A stretch of DNA of 64,000 nt from Cyanophora paradoxa CCMP329 (Eukaryota > Plantae > Glaucophyta), in NCBI GenBank assembly GCA_004431415.1, contig QPMI01000534.1, positions 124,001 through 188,000 of the forward strand, written 5' to 3'. The translations under genes were made by a program, and so were the position numbers. Shown piece by piece: positions 60,220-64,000 of the stretch; position 1 is the stretch's first letter; each line of letters starts with the position of its first letter. The notes beneath the pieces are model-generated. The model was not told where the DNA came from and ran no database searches. It worked only from the letters and a program-made list of their open reading frames with translations.

Positions 60220-60923
60220 ATGGAGAACCTGCTGGCAGATCCCATCCGCAGCGCCTTTGGTCTGGTCGCCCTCGGCGTCGCTGGCGTCGCAGCGGCGAAG
60301 GAGCTCCGCGTGGCCGGCCAGGTTCGCATCTCCGCCGCCGCCGGGCCCTCTCCCGGCGACGCCGCTGTGCAAAGCTAAGCGATCCGAGCACTCCGAGCCC
60401 GCTGCTCAAGCCCCGCCGCCGGCCACGTGCGGCCGGTCGCACGCGGCGGCCCGGCAGAGAGCAGCGCCGCCCCGCTGACGCCTTCGCGCGCGCAGAAGAA
60501 GAAGGCCGCCAAGTGCACGCGCTGCAAGGGCAGCGGCATCTCCGCCCCGTGCACAGTCTGCGGGGTGCGGCCGGGCCGCGGCGTCCCAGTCGGAATGTAT
60601 GTGCGCCCGCTCATCATCGGCCGCGGCGCGCTGCGCAGGGCGTCGGCTTCGCGAAGATGCCAGACCGGACGGGTCTCGGCAGCATTGCTGAGTGGCGGTG
60701 CGCGCGCGCGCGCGCCTCTGCTGAAGCTGGCTCCAGCGTGCCGACGCCTGCGGCTGACGCGGGCGGCCACGCCGCGGCAGGTCCCCCGCGAACAAGTGCC
60801 AGGCGTGCGGCGGCTCGCAGGGCACCCTCTGCACAGGTGCGCATGCGCCCCGGGCCCCGCGCCGCCCCTCCCTAACCTCTCTCCCCGGCAGACTGCAGCG
60901 GCTCGGGCTTCGTGTTCAAGTAG
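60220..60923 (+). CDS. Small membrane-anchored DnaJ-type zinc-finger protein (four CxxCxGxG-like motifs, no J domain)
   Basis: MENLLADPIRSAFGLVALGVAGVAAAK..CTRCKGSG..CTVCG|GVG..CQACGGSQG..CT|DCSGSGFVFK*. Confidence 0.8.
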
Positions 60924-60995
60924 CGTGTCGCCAGACCGCGCGCCCGCCTGTATAATTCTAACTAACCTGTAGCAAAGCTCGGATACCGATTTGCG

Positions 60996-63089
60996 CTAGG
61001 GCAGGGGTAGGACGGCCTCGCGGGGGTAGTACAGCGTCGCGGGGTCCTTGCCCCCCCTCCGGGAGAGTTCCACGCCCGTCAGCTTCACCTGAACACGGGC
61101 CGGCGGCGCTCAGGGGGCGAAGATCCGAACCGGGCCGGGCCGGAAAGCCCTAGAGGGAGAAATGGCCCCACCTCCCCGAAATCGAAGGAGGCGAAGTCGC
61201 GTAGGATGCCCGACGCGTCGAACGAGACCCGCGGGGCCCGCCTGCGCAGAAGGGGTGTTCATGGGGGCTACACGGCGACTGGGAGGGGGGTACGGCGCAC
61301 TCGGCGGGGGCGTCGTTCTTCCGGTACTTCCTGCGGGCGCGCGGGCGTCGGGGGGGCACAGCATTGCGGGAGGGGAGGAAGGGAGGGGGGGTACGAGTTC
61401 ATGAGAGTGGCGTGCAGCTTGAGGGCCCGCGACGACTGCTGCTCGTCCACCTGCGGGCCGCGGGTTCGAATCCGACGGGAAAGGCTTCCGGCGGGCGCCG
61501 CACCAGCCCCGCGGTTCGAAACTCAGCCATGACCGCGTCTGCGGGAGCGAGGGGGAGGGGGAGGGGGGGGGGGGAGGAGGGAGGTGGGAGACGCGGTGAG
61601 CACGCAAAAAGTATATACATGTACCCCCCGCGGCGCACCGCAGAGCCGCGAGAGGCGGTCGAGTCCAGTCCCCACTTTCGCATACAGAACGTCGACCTCG
61701 CCCTGCGCGGCGGACCCGGGTTCGAGACCGCGCGGGGGAGTTTCGAAGAGAGAGAAGCGAGGCTGTACCCGGTCGTCGCACATGTAGTCGAGCCCCGAGA
61801 GGCCCACCGAGAGCGGCTTCTTCCCCAGCTCCCGCTCCACCGCCTTGGCGCACCTGGGGGGTACAGGGTCTGTCGGACGCGCGGCCCCTTCCGGCGGGTA
61901 CGAGATGAGCGCCGCGCCCGGCCTACCTCTGGAGGGCGGCCTCGGCGTCTCGCCTCGCGCCGGCGCCGTAGAGCCTCAGCATGACGAGGGTCAGGTGCAT
62001 CTGCTCCGGGGGTACGAAGATCGACGGGTCCTTGGGGGGGGGGGGGGGGGGGGAAGGGGGGGGGTCAGAGTGCGGAGAAGGGGGCGGGGGGGAGCGGGCG
62101 CGGGGTACGGCGCACGACGCCGCGGGCGGTGCCATAGCGGGCGAGGACCTGCTCCCTGAACGCCGCCACGCGCTGCCAGTGCTGGCTCCCCTGCGAGCCC
62201 AGCCGGATGCTGCGGGGCGCGTCGGGGGTACGGGAGCGGGCGGGGGATACGCGCGCCTGACGAAGTGCGTGTAGGGGAGGCTGCGGAGTGCCTCCTCCAT
62301 GATGATCTCCACGCGCGTGCGCGCCGACGAGACGGCCGCCTGCGTCGGGCCCCGGATCACTGCGGCGGGAGGCGCGGTGAAGGTCAGTCAATCGCAGGGG
62401 CGAAGGCGAGGGGCGGCGGGAGGGACGGGGGCACCGATCTCCTCGGCGGGGTCGTCCTGCCGCGGGATGGCGATCGTCGCGCCCGTCTCCGACTGGATCT
62501 GAGCGCCGCCGCCGGCAGTGAGCGTGGAGGGCGAACGGGCATTGGCCTACGCCGCTATGCGACGCATCGGTCCGAACGGGGCGCGCGAGCGGCTTCGCAC
62601 CTTGTTCTTGGTGGCCCCTTGCCTGCCGATGAGGAACCGGAAGCTGCGGGGCGGCGTCAGGGGTTGGCAGGCGTCGGCGGGTCCGACGGAGGTCTGCTTC
62701 GAGCGCCGCCGCCATTCTTAGCACTCGCGCGCTCTTCTGAGGCTAAAGCAGAACAGATCTAGGTCCCTGTTGCACGGCTGCACGCCGCGCGCCCGCGGGG
62801 GAACTCCAGGTCGAGCGAGCCATGGCCAGGGGCTGCATGGGGAGCAGGGCACGCACAAGTCGCGCGCGAGGGGAATCCGCAGCTTAAAGCCGTCACCGTC
62901 GCGCTGGATGGCCGCGTCCGCATCGTCCGCGTCCACGAACGCGTCGTCCTCGAAGCCGTCCTCCTCCTCTTCATCGTCGAAGTCCTCGTCGTGCTGCAGG
63001 ATCGCATCCTCGCCCTCGTCCAGCGGCACTCGGTACGTGCGCTCCCCGATGGACACGAGGCGGACGCGCCCGCCGCCAACAAGCGCCAT
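60996..63089 (-). CDS. ASCC1: Activating signal cointegrator 1 complex subunit 1 (KH + 2H phosphoesterase/AKAP7-like)
   Basis: RLVSIGERTYR N-terminus; FLIGKQGATK..IQSETGATIAIP (KH GxxG); YTHFV, DPSIF..MHLTL, LKLHATLMNS (two HxT motifs), SFDASGIL. Confidence 0.9.
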
Positions 63090-63448
63090 CTCCTGAGGCG
63101 CGGCGCAGCGTGAGGCATGGCCGCGCGCCGAGCACTCAACGACAAGTGAAGTGAGCACCTCGATGAGAGTGAAGAGAGCTAAGCTAGCGAGCGAGTTGCG
63201 CTTGTGCAAACGAAGATAACAGTACCCCACCCATTCAGACGAAGTTCAGGTCTTGGGCTCCCAGGCGAGCGCGAACAAGCTGCAGGCGCGGTCTACAGAT
63301 ATCTCTGCCTAGCTGCCCTCCCGACAGCACATCCTGAAGCGCACCTGGAGCGTTCGCATACCGTGGCCGGAGCGTCTGCCAGTCTGGAGCTGAGCGTTCG
63401 CATCGCGGTCGCTGAGGTCGCGCTCGTCAGTCTCTGCGCTCCGAATTG

Positions 63449-64000
63449 ATGACCGAAGATACCGATCCATCCTCGAATTCGGAGGCTCCGCTCGAACAAC
63501 GGAGGCGCCGGCTTGAGCGGCACCCAGCTGATCCTTTCCCCTTCACGTACGTCGTGCGCGAGGGCGTGGATAGGAGCCTGATCACAGCGCTCGCGCTGGA
63601 GAGTCCTCTGCGCGGCATCGCGCCCGTCCTTGAGGCGAGCGAGGCCGCGGTCGCCTGCTTCGAGCTCCTACACACGAACTTCAATGAGTGCGCACGCGAC
63701 GCAGGTATGCACTTGACCCAGCTCCCGGCTATCGGCTCGCGCCGGCGTGCTGATCTTGACGCGTTGCAGGCACGTCCCGAGCGGAGGCGCGGCTTGCAAT
63801 CGAGCGGGAGCAGATCAGCATCGAGGATCTGAAGCTGCTGCTCGACCTCGGCTCGGGGGCGGCGGCGGAGGACGACGGGGCGCTGGTGGCGCGGCTCGTC
63901 GACATGGGCCTCGGCCTCGACGAGCTCTTCGCCCTCCTCAAGGCGCGTGCCCCGCATCTCGAACGCCCCGCGCTTGCACTGCGGCAGGTCCGCCTCGGCT
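63449..64000 (+). CDS. Hypothetical protein, 5' part (runs off window)
   Basis: ATG 63449 MTEDTDPSS..FELLHTNFNECARDA, intron, ..ISIEDLKLLLDLG..DELFALLK, intron. Confidence 0.55.

Noticed and set aside
73-63957. Hundreds of long overlapping Arg/Gly/Pro/Ala-rich ORFs in the supplied track
   Set aside because: These are expected from very high GC and stop-codon scarcity. The real genes are spliced, and most of these ORFs are shadow frames.

Overview
This is GC-rich eukaryotic DNA with many short introns. It is probably a photosynthetic protist; the style resembles a glaucophyte such as Cyanophora paradoxa, which is an inference only. Most ORFs in the supplied track are spurious because the real genes are split by ~50-150 nt introns, many with GC donors. 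From left to right: a sensor-type class III adenylyl cyclase running off the left edge; a small hydrophilic multi-exon gene; and an ~10.9 kb duplicated block (10452-21345 / 27379-38326). That block carries a head-to-head pair of a two-domain transmembrane nucleotidyl cyclase with guanylyl-cyclase-like, apparently domain-swapped residues and a TM-EGF-GT90(CAP10)-AbfB/CBM42-like glycosyltransferase. Each copy holds one full and one truncated gene. A 6 kb mosaic separates the copies and contains a LINE-like 3' end, decayed sequence, gene fragments, minisatellites and two copies of a ~125 bp element. A second ~7 kb duplication carries an unknown gene and a Cys-rich/TPR/coiled-coil/RING-H2 gene. 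The right end is single-copy: a MYND protein, an organellar MscS channel with a tRNA-Pro in one intron, gamma-glutamyl hydrolase, a DnaJ-type zinc-finger protein, ASCC1 and a partial unknown gene. All gene models were spliced by eye, so exon boundaries are approximate.
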